Below are positions 1 through 8,013 of a stretch of 63,007 nucleotides of DNA, in pieces. The DNA is taken from IMG/VR virus record IMGVR_UViG_3300011438_000011, positions 1 to 63,007 of that record. One strand, written 5' to 3'. The position numbers were made by a program, and so were the translations under genes. Source of the stretch: a virus (Duplodnaviria; Caudoviricetes). Every line of letters starts with the position of its first letter. The stretch's first letter is position 1. The notes beneath the pieces are model-generated. The model was not told where the DNA came from, made no database searches, and saw only the letters and a program-made list of their open reading frames with translations.

Positions 1-106
1 CCCCGGCTTGCAACCGGACGTTGTGGCGGTGCTCCGGGGCGGCCCGCATGATGTAGTCGCTAGGCTCCTACATGTTCTGGCCCGCGTTGTTCACCACCGA
101 GAACTG
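1..106 (-). other. Inverted, degenerate copy of the capsid-gene junction (probable fold-back/chimeric read artefact)
   Basis: Reverse complement of 1-106 aligns without gaps to 62964-63007 + 128 onward at about 77/106 identity (hand count); mismatches are not base-specific. Confidence 0.75.
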
Positions 107-127
107 GGTCCAGGTCATGACGCAGCG
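106..127 (+). repeat. 22-nt terminal overlap with 62986-63007 (circularisation junction)
   Basis: GGGTCCAGGTCATGACGCAGCG is identical at both places, and the join keeps the capsid reading frame. Confidence 0.92.
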
Positions 128-278
128 GATCCGCTACATCATGCGGGCCCCCCTCGACCGCCTCCAGCAGGTCGTGGGTCAAGCCTGGTCGTGGTCCGGC
201 GACTTCGCGGTCCCGAGCGACTCGCTGACCGGCGACAGCGCGCGGTTCAAGCGCGCGGTCGTGATCGAGCACGCGTAA
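126..278 (+). CDS. Major capsid protein, C-terminal part (continues from 61791-63007)
   Basis: In-frame continuation ...VQVMTQ|RIRYIMRAPLDRLQQVVGQAWSWSGDF...RAVVIEHA*. Confidence 0.85.
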   Translation, partial: RIRYIMRAPLDRLQQVVGQAWSWSGDFAVPSDSLTGDSARFKRAVVIEHA

Positions 279-297
279 GCCGCCGCGGCGATCTCCC

Positions 298-323
298 GCT
301 CCATCGAGGCGCTCGATGGGGGT
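298..323 (+). terminator. Stem-loop after capsid gene (attenuator or mRNA stabiliser)
   Basis: GCTCCATCGAG-GCG-CTCGATGGGGGT; no U-tract. Confidence 0.4.
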
Positions 324-361
324 GGAGCTCCACCGAGGCATCTACCACCCACGAGGACCCC

Positions 362-883
362 ATGAGCCGAGCTCGCAACATGTCGACCGTCTTGAGCAAG
401 GCCGCGGAGGCGTCCAGCACGCCCGCCACGGCCTCAGAGCCCGCCCCCGCCCAAGAGGGCGTCGCGGCGGAAGCCACGCAGCCAGCCACGCAGCCAGGGC
501 CGGAATCGGAGCAAGAGCCCGACCCGGAGGAGCCGCCCATGCCGGAGGCGCCGGTTCCGGGCCCCGAGACCACCCAGCCGCCGCCCGAGCCCGATCTCCG
601 CATGGATGGCCCCACCCCTTCCGAGTGGGTCGCGGCCGGCTATCCCGCTGCGGCGTATCCCCCGCGGGGATACGCGGCGAAGCCGGACGACGTCGAGCAC
701 TACCGGGTGACCCGGCACTGCCGCTACTTCCACAACAGCACGGTCTCGACCTGGCCCGAAGGCCAGGTGATCGACTCGCTCAACTTCAACATCGCCGACG
801 TCCGCGCGCAGGGGTTGCCGATCGAACGGTGCGCCGCCGACGCCAAGAACCTCACGCCCTCCATCGGGCACTGGAGCAAGTGA
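362..883 (+). CDS. Hypothetical protein, Pro/Glu-rich N-terminus
   Basis: GAGG RBS, ATG at 362; GPTPSEWVAAGYPAAAYPPRGY motif; follows capsid gene. Confidence 0.7.
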   Translation: MSRARNMSTVLSKAAEASSTPATASEPAPAQEGVAAEATQPATQPGPESEQEPDPEEPPMPEAPVPGPETTQPPPEPDLRMDGPTPSEWVAAGYPAAAYPPRGYAAKPDDVEHYRVTRHCRYFHNSTVSTWPEGQVIDSLNFNIADVRAQGLPIERCAADAKNLTPSIGHWSK

Positions 884-1041
884 TGCTGCCGAAGACCGCA
901 GCGGGCGCCCTGACGCCCGGCAAGCCAAAGGGCAAGATCAAGGGCAAGACGCCCCCCAAGGCCGGACCCCCGGGCGCCCCGGCCGACGTCCAGGTCGGGC
1001 TGAAGGCCGGCGCGAGCAAGCAGCTCAAGGGCATGGCCTGA
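883..1041 (+). CDS. Small Lys/Pro-rich hypothetical protein
   Basis: TGATG stop/start overlap; 52 aa MLPKTAAG... Confidence 0.55.
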   Translation: MLPKTAAGALTPGKPKGKIKGKTPPKAGPPGAPADVQVGLKAGASKQLKGMA

Positions 1042-1048
1042 CGCCACC

Positions 1049-1462
1049 ATGAGCACCGCGGCGTTCACCGACGAAGAGAAGACGGAGATCCTCCGCTTCT
1101 TGGGCTACCCCGACTGGCAGTCGGTGGCGTCGAGCGTCCAGCTCGGCTACCCGGCCGCGTCGCAGCCGATGTTCTTGCTCGTCGACGCGTTCAACCGAAT
1201 CTCGCCGACCGGCCGGGCCCGTGTCCGCTCGGACATGTCGGAGCTCGAGTGCATCGAGCGGCAGATCAGCCAGTCGCGCGATCGGATGCGCGCGGTGAAG
1301 CTGGAAGGCCTCGAGTTCAACCAGGGTGAGGCCGGCCAGCTCCGGCAAGAGCTCCAGTTCTGGACGATGCGTCTCGAGGACGACTTCGGGGTCAAGCGCA
1401 ACCCGTACTCCACATTTGCCATGGGCGGCGTGCCCGGTGGCATCAACGCGAAGGTAGGATAA
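1049..1462 (+). CDS. Putative head-tail adaptor/head completion protein
   Basis: 137-aa helical protein after capsid; call is positional. Confidence 0.5.
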   Translation: MSTAAFTDEEKTEILRFLGYPDWQSVASSVQLGYPAASQPMFLLVDAFNRISPTGRARVRSDMSELECIERQISQSRDRMRAVKLEGLEFNQGEAGQLRQELQFWTMRLEDDFGVKRNPYSTFAMGGVPGGINAKVG

Positions 1463-1465
1463 CCC

Positions 1466-1738
1466 ATGCCCAAGATCCGCACGCTCTCCAACGTATCCGC
1501 CACCCCGACCCTGACCACGCTGCACGATCCGCTGCCTGCGCCAAGCGGCGTGGACGTGCTGGTCACCACCGACGAGACGACCGGCGATCCGGTGGCCGTC
1601 GCGCGCAACGGTGTCGAGTACGCGCTCAACGCGACCCACGACACCACGCGTGTATGGCTGGCCACCGAGGATGGTCGCCAGCGCCAGATCAACACGTTCG
1701 ACTCCTACCCGAACATCACCGGGAACGCGGCGAACTAA
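1466..1738 (+). CDS. Hypothetical virion-module protein
   Basis: Tightly packed ORF with GC-rich third positions. Confidence 0.65.
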   Translation: MPKIRTLSNVSATPTLTTLHDPLPAPSGVDVLVTTDETTGDPVAVARNGVEYALNATHDTTRVWLATEDGRQRQINTFDSYPNITGNAAN

Positions 1739-1740
1739 CC

Positions 1741-2151
1741 ATGAGCGCTGGGCAGAAATTCACCCGCTTCGCGCTGGATGTCGGCCGAAAAGTCCATGAC
1801 CTGGACAACGACACGATCAAGGTCATGCTCACGAACGTTGCGCCCGTCGTGGGGAACGCCGTCAAAGCCGACATCACGGAGATCGCAGCCGGCAACGGCT
1901 ACGTTGCGGGTGGGTTCGACGCCCAGGCTACCTGGTCCCTCGTCTCGGGTGTCGCAACGCTGGTGTGCGTCGACGTCACCATCACCGCATCCGGCGGCCC
2001 GATCGGCGAGTTTCGCTGGGTCGTGATGTACAACTCGACGCCGGCCGCGGGGCCCTTGATCATGTTCTGGGACACCGGAGCACCGCAGACCGTCACCGCC
2101 GGGAATGCGGTGAAGCTGGACTTCGCTGACCACGCGGTGACCCTGGTATGA
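1741..2151 (+). CDS. Putative virion structural/fibre-associated beta protein
   Basis: HDLDNDTIKVMLT...EIAAGNGYVAGG...GPIGEFRWVVMYN pattern common in phage structural modules. Confidence 0.65.
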   Translation: MSAGQKFTRFALDVGRKVHDLDNDTIKVMLTNVAPVVGNAVKADITEIAAGNGYVAGGFDAQATWSLVSGVATLVCVDVTITASGGPIGEFRWVVMYNSTPAAGPLIMFWDTGAPQTVTAGNAVKLDFADHAVTLV

Positions 2152-3347
2152 CCAGGCTCCTCGCGATCGAGGAGACGCCGTCGAGCTTCCCGGCTGGCGT
2201 GTGGCCCGAGGCGATCATGAACGGGGGCGGGACTTGGCGCTTCGTGTGGATCCCTGGCGCGGCGAGCGGCACTCCGTACGATGGGTTTCAGTCGATGTTC
2301 GCAGGGCCGGTGATCGACGGTCAGTCGGGTGGGTTGTGGATCGACGAGAGCGCGTTCGAGCTCTACGACATCAACGACAACCTGGTAGGCCACGCACCGG
2401 CGACCTGGGATGCGCAGCAGCCGATCCGGCTCACGATCCGCGGTCTCGAACAGACCCTGACCGTGGAAGGCGCCACGACCGGCAACGCCACCGTGCCGAT
2501 CGGGCCGGGGCCCTACTTCTTCGCCGGCACCACACTCACGGCCGGCAGCATGACGGGGCAGAGCGGCTTTGAACTCAACGGAACCATCGGCGACATCGAC
2601 GACGGCTCCGACTTCACGGTCCTCGATCTCGATGGCGTCGGACTGGACGTCACCGCAGAGGGGCTCGCCGTCACGAGCACGCTCGCGCTCGGCGGTGTCA
2701 ACCTGGCGATCGGCGCAGCGCCGCTCACCGCTGACGTGCTTCCCCCGCTCCCCATCGAGGTCGTAATCCCGCGTCCGGCGAAGCTTCCGCCCGCGGCCAC
2801 GAAGTACCCGAACCCGCGCGCCGTCACCCCGAACCTTGACGGCGCGCTCCATCGCAATCCGCGGCCCGAGTGCTCGCTCGTCGAGTCGATGGCCCCGATC
2901 GTCGACGAGATGCGCCAGATGCTCGTGGATGCTGGCCTCCGGTACTACGAGGTGTTCACGGTCGTTGTGCGGTGGTCGGGCGGCGAGCGCCACCGCGGCA
3001 CACCCCAGGTTCTGAGCGAGCAGCCGTTCTTGCCGATCCCCGAGGTCAGCGGGACGAGCGGCGTCGATCGCGAGCTCCGTCCCGGTGGTTCGGTCAGGCG
3101 TGGTGGGATCTGGCTGCGCAAGCTGTCGCCGCGGTACACGAGCGACGACATCCTCCTCTTGTTCCCGCGCGAGCTGCGCCCCGACGAGGAGCACTTCATC
3201 GAGGTCCGCGGTGACAGCCGCGACGGGGCGAACACGCCGCGCGATCGCTACGTCATCGTCGGACGCCCGGAGCGCAAGGCATGGGGGTGGGAAGTCCGAC
3301 TCCTCAAGGCCGACGAGGACCGGACGCGGCAAGGAGCTGTGCGATGA
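2148..3347 (+). CDS. Putative head-closure/neck protein with N-terminal extra domain
   Basis: ATGA overlap; C-terminal half ends ...GRPERKAWGWEVRL, adaptor-like; lies before the gp10-like gene. Confidence 0.5.
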   Translation: MTRLLAIEETPSSFPAGVWPEAIMNGGGTWRFVWIPGAASGTPYDGFQSMFAGPVIDGQSGGLWIDESAFELYDINDNLVGHAPATWDAQQPIRLTIRGLEQTLTVEGATTGNATVPIGPGPYFFAGTTLTAGSMTGQSGFELNGTIGDIDDGSDFTVLDLDGVGLDVTAEGLAVTSTLALGGVNLAIGAAPLTADVLPPLPIEVVIPRPAKLPPAATKYPNPRAVTPNLDGALHRNPRPECSLVESMAPIVDEMRQMLVDAGLRYYEVFTVVVRWSGGERHRGTPQVLSEQPFLPIPEVSGTSGVDRELRPGGSVRRGGIWLRKLSPRYTSDDILLLFPRELRPDEEHFIEVRGDSRDGANTPRDRYVIVGRPERKAWGWEVRLLKADEDRTRQGAVR

Positions 3348-3889
3348 CGGCCTACGACATCCCGCTCTCCGACTTCATCAAGCGGATGGTGTCCCTCGGC
3401 GGCGACGTCCAAGCCGCCGTGATCCGCGGGCTCCAGGCCGCGGCGCACCGGCTGGATGGCTTCGTGGTGCACGAGATCGACAACGCCTCGCCGCATCCGG
3501 CGGTCGATCGCGGAGAGCTGCGCAACAGCCGTGAGCTCACCATGACCCCCATGGGGGCGCGGTACGCGATCACCGCGCCCCACGCGGCTGCCATCGAGAA
3601 CGGAACCCGACCGTTCCGGCCACCGTATCAGCCGATCTACGAGTGGCTGGTGCGCAAGCAACTCGTCGACGAGAGCGAGGCCGCATCGCGGGCGTGGGCG
3701 ATCGTCAACGCGATCGCCAAGCGTGGCATCGCGCCTAGGCACTACCTCAAGAAGGCGTGGGCCCGGTTCATCCAAGGCAGGTACGTGGGGCGCGAGGTGG
3801 GGCGCGAGCTCGAGGCGCTCGCGCAGGCCCGCGAAAAAGGCCGCGTAGGTGGCCAGCGCCGCGGCTCTCGGCTCGGGGAGGATTCATGA
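3344..3889 (+). CDS. HK97 gp10-like tail completion/neck protein
   Basis: PAVDRGELRNS and APHAAAIENGTRP motifs. Confidence 0.7.
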   Translation: MTAYDIPLSDFIKRMVSLGGDVQAAVIRGLQAAAHRLDGFVVHEIDNASPHPAVDRGELRNSRELTMTPMGARYAITAPHAAAIENGTRPFRPPYQPIYEWLVRKQLVDESEAASRAWAIVNAIAKRGIAPRHYLKKAWARFIQGRYVGREVGRELEALAQAREKGRVGGQRRGSRLGEDS

Positions 3890-4605
3890 CCATCACCAAC
3901 CGCACGTTCGGCCAGCCCCTCTACATCGACGAGGTGCGCCGGACCATGCCGGCGACCGTTGCCGTGCTCGGCCCGCGCGTCGCCATGGCCGAGACGGTCG
4001 CCGAGTACCTCAAGTGCGCCGTGTTCCGGGTCGCGGGCGACGGCGGGACCGATCGCGACTTCGTCCTCGAGCGCGTGTTCCCGTCGTGGCCGGACGCGCG
4101 CGAGGCGCTGCCCTACCCGTGCGCCTCGATCATCGAGGCCACCGACACCTTCCACGAGCAGCAATTCAACCCCCAGCCGGTCGAGTCGTCCCTCGGCGTG
4201 TTCGACTGCCTCATTGGGTACGCGCGCGACCCGGCCTTCCCCAAGACCGTGCTGTGGCGAACCGCAGAGGCTACCTGCGACTTCCAGCTCGACTTCTGGG
4301 CCTCGTCCATCGCGGATCGCCAGGCGATGGAGGCGCAGCTCTCGTACCTGTTCAACCCCGGACAGGAGCGCACCGGTGTTCTCCTGGGCGGACATCCGAG
4401 GTACTATGCGCAGCCGGTTCGGGCCACCCTCCTACACCACCGCCAGATCGACGAAGAAGAACAGGTCTACCCGAACGAGCGCCGACTCCAGACCATGATC
4501 CGCTGCAACATCGCAGTCGTCGACCTGCGAATCGCCACCCTCCTCACGCCGCGCACGACGGTGGAGGTCACCGACCCGAACGAGCAACCAGGAGATCCAC
4601 CATGA
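3886..4605 (+). CDS. Putative tail terminator
   Basis: Immediately before the sheath gene; LPYPCASI...FQLDFWAS...DRQAM pattern. Confidence 0.5.
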   Translation: MTITNRTFGQPLYIDEVRRTMPATVAVLGPRVAMAETVAEYLKCAVFRVAGDGGTDRDFVLERVFPSWPDAREALPYPCASIIEATDTFHEQQFNPQPVESSLGVFDCLIGYARDPAFPKTVLWRTAEATCDFQLDFWASSIADRQAMEAQLSYLFNPGQERTGVLLGGHPRYYAQPVRATLLHHRQIDEEEQVYPNERRLQTMIRCNIAVVDLRIATLLTPRTTVEVTDPNEQPGDPP

Positions 4606-6788
4606 CCGCTTTCATCCGCCGCTACCGCACCGCCCCGACGCCCGACCAACTCACCGCGATCGAACAGATTGCGCTTGTCGACGGCGTGCCCACCACACCG
4701 GTGACCGGCGCGGGTGCCGGCACGATGCTCCTCGTCGGCGAGTTCGAGGATGGCCCGTTCAACACCCCCACCGAGGTCTTCGGCGAGGATGATGAGGCCT
4801 TCAAGTTCGGGGGCTTTGGGTACACGTACGGAACCCTGCGCTACCAGAACCCGTGCGCCCGGGTGCACCTTGGCGAGCCATGGAACGGCAACGGCTTCCT
4901 CAAGGGCAAGTTTCTCAAGCCGCCACGCAAGATCGTGACCCGGGTGGACACCTCGGTCGGAGCTGTCCGGTTCCAGCCGCTGGCGTCCCTGCGGACCTCG
5001 GTCGGCCCGTTCGTCCTCACCGCGGGTCTCCAGCTCACGGTGGCGCCCGATGGCGGTGCTGGCGTCACCACCACGGCCGTCAACGCGACGGCGGCCACCC
5101 GAGTCGGGATCGCGCAGCCGGGGGCCGGCAACAACTCCCTGTTCGTCGGTGGCGAGCAGATCGGGATCGTCGTCGACAACAACCCCGAGGTCATCGTCAC
5201 CTTCCAGGCCACCGATCAGACGGCCGCGCAGGTCGCGGCCCGGATCAACAGCTTCCTCGGCTACACCGCGGCGACCACAATCCTCGGCGCGACCGGGACG
5301 CAGCTCGTCGGGATCGTGCTGGGCACGTCGAGCAAGGTCACGCTGCGCAACGTCTCCGGTACCCCCCTCACGAACATCGGCCACACGGCCGGCACGACGA
5401 ACGGAACCGGCAACGTAGCCAACGTGAGCGCGGTGACGGCCACGGAGGTCGCCGCGCTCGTCAACGCCCTCGCCGGGATCGATGCGGTGGTCGCGAACGG
5501 CGCGGTGATCGTGTTCTCTCCGACGGTCGGAACGGGCTCGGTGAACGTCACCGCCGGGACTATGGCCACCGCGCTCGGCCTGACCAGCGGGACCACGATC
5601 ACGGCGCTGGTGGGGCCGTCGGTGACCATCGCGGCCGGATCGCGGGTGCGAACCGCGGGCGGGCTCGAGTGGGTGGCGATGCAGTCGATCGCGATCCCGG
5701 AGGGCACTACGGCGGTTCCCAACCTGGCGTTCTACGAGACGCCCGTGCGCCCCGGCAACGACAACGGAACCGCGGTCGGGACGGCGGCCGGAACGGTCAC
5801 GGTCCTCGTGGACGTTCCCGCGAGTCGGATGTTCTCGGTGACCAACATCGCGAACATCGCCGCGGCGCTCGACGAGAACACCCTCGACGCGCGCTACCTC
5901 ACCGCGTTCAATGCCACCGTCGATCCGGCCGAGGTCTCGGCGCAGGCGAACGTCTCGCTCGCCGCGCGGCGGTCCGATGCGGTCACCGCGATGGGGCTCG
6001 CGAACGCGAACACCGCCTCGGACGAGGGCTGTTTCGGGCGGCAGTTCCACTCGCGAGAGGCGTTCGGTACGAGCTCGGCAACGGCGATGGCCAACGTCGC
6101 GCTCAACCGCGGCGATCGCAACTTCCACACGTGGCCGGCATGGAAGGTCCGCATCCCCGAGATCGCCGAGCTCGGCGCGGCCGGCGGCTTCGGGTTCACC
6201 GCCGACGGCGTGATCTTCGTCGGCGGTGACGGCCCCCTGGCGTACATCAACACGGCCCTCAACCCGGAAGAGAACCCGGGCCAGGACACGGGGCTCCTGG
6301 GGTTCATCTCGGGGATCGAGAAGCCCGCCGGTACCGTGTTCAACATGGCGCTCTACACGGCGCTCAAGAGCTCCGGGATCTGCGCCCCCCGCATCGATCA
6401 GCGCGGTGTGAAGTGCTACCAGTCGGAGGCGACCACCTCTCTCGAGGACGGCCGCAAGACCCAGAAGCGCCGCAAGATGGCCGACCACCTCCAGGACACC
6501 TTCGCCATCATCCTGCTGCCCTTCTCCAAGAAGCTGGCGACCGAGGCCCGCGAAGCGTCCATCGACGCGCGGCTCAACTCGTTCTTGCGCGGGTATCGGA
6601 GCGAGGATGCGCCGGACAGCCAGCGCATCAAGGACTTCGTCATCACCAACACCACGAACCAGAACCCGGACCTCGCCGTCCGCGGCATCTCGTCCCGCAA
6701 GATCGCCGTCCAGCTTCTCCCGTCCCTCGATTCCTTCCTCGTCGACACACAGATCGGCGAGGGTCAGATCACGGTGGCCGTCGCCTGA
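4602..6788 (+). CDS. Contractile tail sheath protein
   Basis: 728 aa; LLVGEFEDGPFNTPTEV N-terminus; RRKMADHLQD C-terminal sheath motif; precedes tube. Confidence 0.85.
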   Translation: MTAFIRRYRTAPTPDQLTAIEQIALVDGVPTTPVTGAGAGTMLLVGEFEDGPFNTPTEVFGEDDEAFKFGGFGYTYGTLRYQNPCARVHLGEPWNGNGFLKGKFLKPPRKIVTRVDTSVGAVRFQPLASLRTSVGPFVLTAGLQLTVAPDGGAGVTTTAVNATAATRVGIAQPGAGNNSLFVGGEQIGIVVDNNPEVIVTFQATDQTAAQVAARINSFLGYTAATTILGATGTQLVGIVLGTSSKVTLRNVSGTPLTNIGHTAGTTNGTGNVANVSAVTATEVAALVNALAGIDAVVANGAVIVFSPTVGTGSVNVTAGTMATALGLTSGTTITALVGPSVTIAAGSRVRTAGGLEWVAMQSIAIPEGTTAVPNLAFYETPVRPGNDNGTAVGTAAGTVTVLVDVPASRMFSVTNIANIAAALDENTLDARYLTAFNATVDPAEVSAQANVSLAARRSDAVTAMGLANANTASDEGCFGRQFHSREAFGTSSATAMANVALNRGDRNFHTWPAWKVRIPEIAELGAAGGFGFTADGVIFVGGDGPLAYINTALNPEENPGQDTGLLGFISGIEKPAGTVFNMALYTALKSSGICAPRIDQRGVKCYQSEATTSLEDGRKTQKRRKMADHLQDTFAIILLPFSKKLATEAREASIDARLNSFLRGYRSEDAPDSQRIKDFVITNTTNQNPDLAVRGISSRKIAVQLLPSLDSFLVDTQIGEGQITVAVA

Positions 6789-6828
6789 TCTGCGGCCCTG
6801 ACCCACGTCACCACCCCAGGAGCACACC

Positions 6829-7263
6829 ATGCCTACTCGCCTCAAGGGCCAGGAAACCGCCGTCTCGTTCGTGTCCGCGAACGGTACGGAGGAATCCGTC
6901 GCCGACGTCAAGTCGTTCGACATCCAGTTCGACCGCGACATTCTCTCCGAGGGGTACCTCGGGCAAACCACCGAGCAAAAGGACGACATCTTCAAGGGCG
7001 TCTCCGGCAAGCTCGAGTTCCACGTCCGCGAAGCCGAGTTCCTCGATCTCGTGCAGCGCATCAACGAGGCGACCAAGCGCCGCCTGCCCGGAGAGCAGTT
7101 CGAGATCGTCTCCACGCTGACCTTCCCGGACGGCAAGCGCCGCCGCATCCTGGTCGCCAACGCCAAGTTCGGCTCGATCCCGATCTCGATCCCGAGCCGG
7201 GACGACTACGTCTCGGTGACGTTCGATTACGCCGCAGACGACGGCGCCATCCTCGCGGCGTAA
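6829..7263 (+). CDS. Tail tube protein
   Basis: 144 aa beta-rich protein directly after sheath; AGGAG RBS. Confidence 0.75.
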   Translation: MPTRLKGQETAVSFVSANGTEESVADVKSFDIQFDRDILSEGYLGQTTEQKDDIFKGVSGKLEFHVREAEFLDLVQRINEATKRRLPGEQFEIVSTLTFPDGKRRRILVANAKFGSIPISIPSRDDYVSVTFDYAADDGAILAA

Positions 7264-7315
7264 CGCCGGCCATGTCGGGGCTCCCCGACCGAGAACGTGT
7301 CTCCAACGAAAGGCC

Positions 7316-7762
7316 ATGCCCATGTCTGACCCCGCCACGAAACCCGCCCCGTCCATCGGCGCGCTCGCCGCGCTCGATGCCAAGTTCTCCACCAAGATGA
7401 GCGACGGTGGCGCGCCCAAGAAGATCACCCGCCGGACCGGTACCGTGCAGGTTCCGCTGTCGGTGTGCGAGCCCGACACCTTCGACGAGGACCCGGTGAT
7501 CGGGCTGGAAGGACTCAGCGCCCAGGCCGAGTTCGAGGCCATGAAGTCCGCGTCCGACGGGGCGAGTGCGGGATACGGGATGGCCAAGCTCGCGATCCGC
7601 ACCCTCAACGGTGCGCCCATGAAGTCGCGCCAGCGCGATCTCGTATGGGAGTGCCTCGGGTTCGGTGGCCGCGCCATCGTGGTCAACGGCTACCTGACCC
7701 AGTGCACCGGAGCGGGAGCGGCTGACCTGGGAAAGTCGCTCGGGATCACGACGGAGGAGTAA
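7316..7762 (+). CDS. Tail assembly chaperone (gpG-like)
   Basis: Between tube and tape measure; slippery site near its 3' end. Confidence 0.8.
   Translation: MPMSDPATKPAPSIGALAALDAKFSTKMSDGGAPKKITRRTGTVQVPLSVCEPDTFDEDPVIGLEGLSAQAEFEAMKSASDGASAGYGMAKLAIRTLNGAPMKSRQRDLVWECLGFGGRAIVVNGYLTQCTGAGAADLGKSLGITTEE
7729..7735 (+). other. Programmed -1 frameshift site G GGA AAG
   Basis: Lambda G/GT-type heptamer in the correct X XXY YYZ phase; the -1 frame is open to TGA at 7987-7989. Confidence 0.85.
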
Positions 7763-7989
7763 CCCCGCTCCTCGTTCTGTGCTGGTCCATCGCAGTCATC
7801 GAGCTGCTCGACCTCGGCGACCTGGACCGAGCTCGTGATGATACGTGGGCCCGCGTGGCGTTCATGACCCGATATGGGGGCGCGACCCTGACCGAGGCGC
7901 TGTGCGAGATCGGGACGGCCGACGCCGTCGACTACTGCTCGGCCTTGGGGCGCCTGATCCAACAGGAGAACTCGAAGCGGGACTCCTGA
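7735..7989 (+). CDS. Frameshifted extension of tail chaperone (gpGT-like)
   Basis: -1 frame reads VARDHDGG...DTWARVAFMTRYGG...QENSKRDS*; absent from the supplied ORF track. Confidence 0.78.
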   Translation, partial: VARDHDGGVTPLLVLCWSIAVIELLDLGDLDRARDDTWARVAFMTRYGGATLTEALCEIGTADAVDYCSALGRLIQQENSKRDS

Positions 7990-8013
7990 TCAACACCGGA
8001 GTATGCTGATACC

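Noticed and set aside
1-106. Diversity-generating retroelement template/variable repeat pair for the capsid gene
   Set aside because: Mismatches are not adenine-specific, the copy is inverted at the contig edge, and no reverse transcriptase is present
8-361. N-terminal extensions of ORFs 8..883 and 72..278
   Set aside because: They start in the artefactual first 105 nt; the real starts are 362 and 61791 respectively
4467-7166. Long minus-strand ORFs (e.g. 899 aa here; also 1899-3332, 17231-19111, 22592-24151, 58902-60539)
   Set aside because: Antisense shadows of GC-rich plus-strand genes; low-complexity Arg/Gly/Asp translations with no motifs
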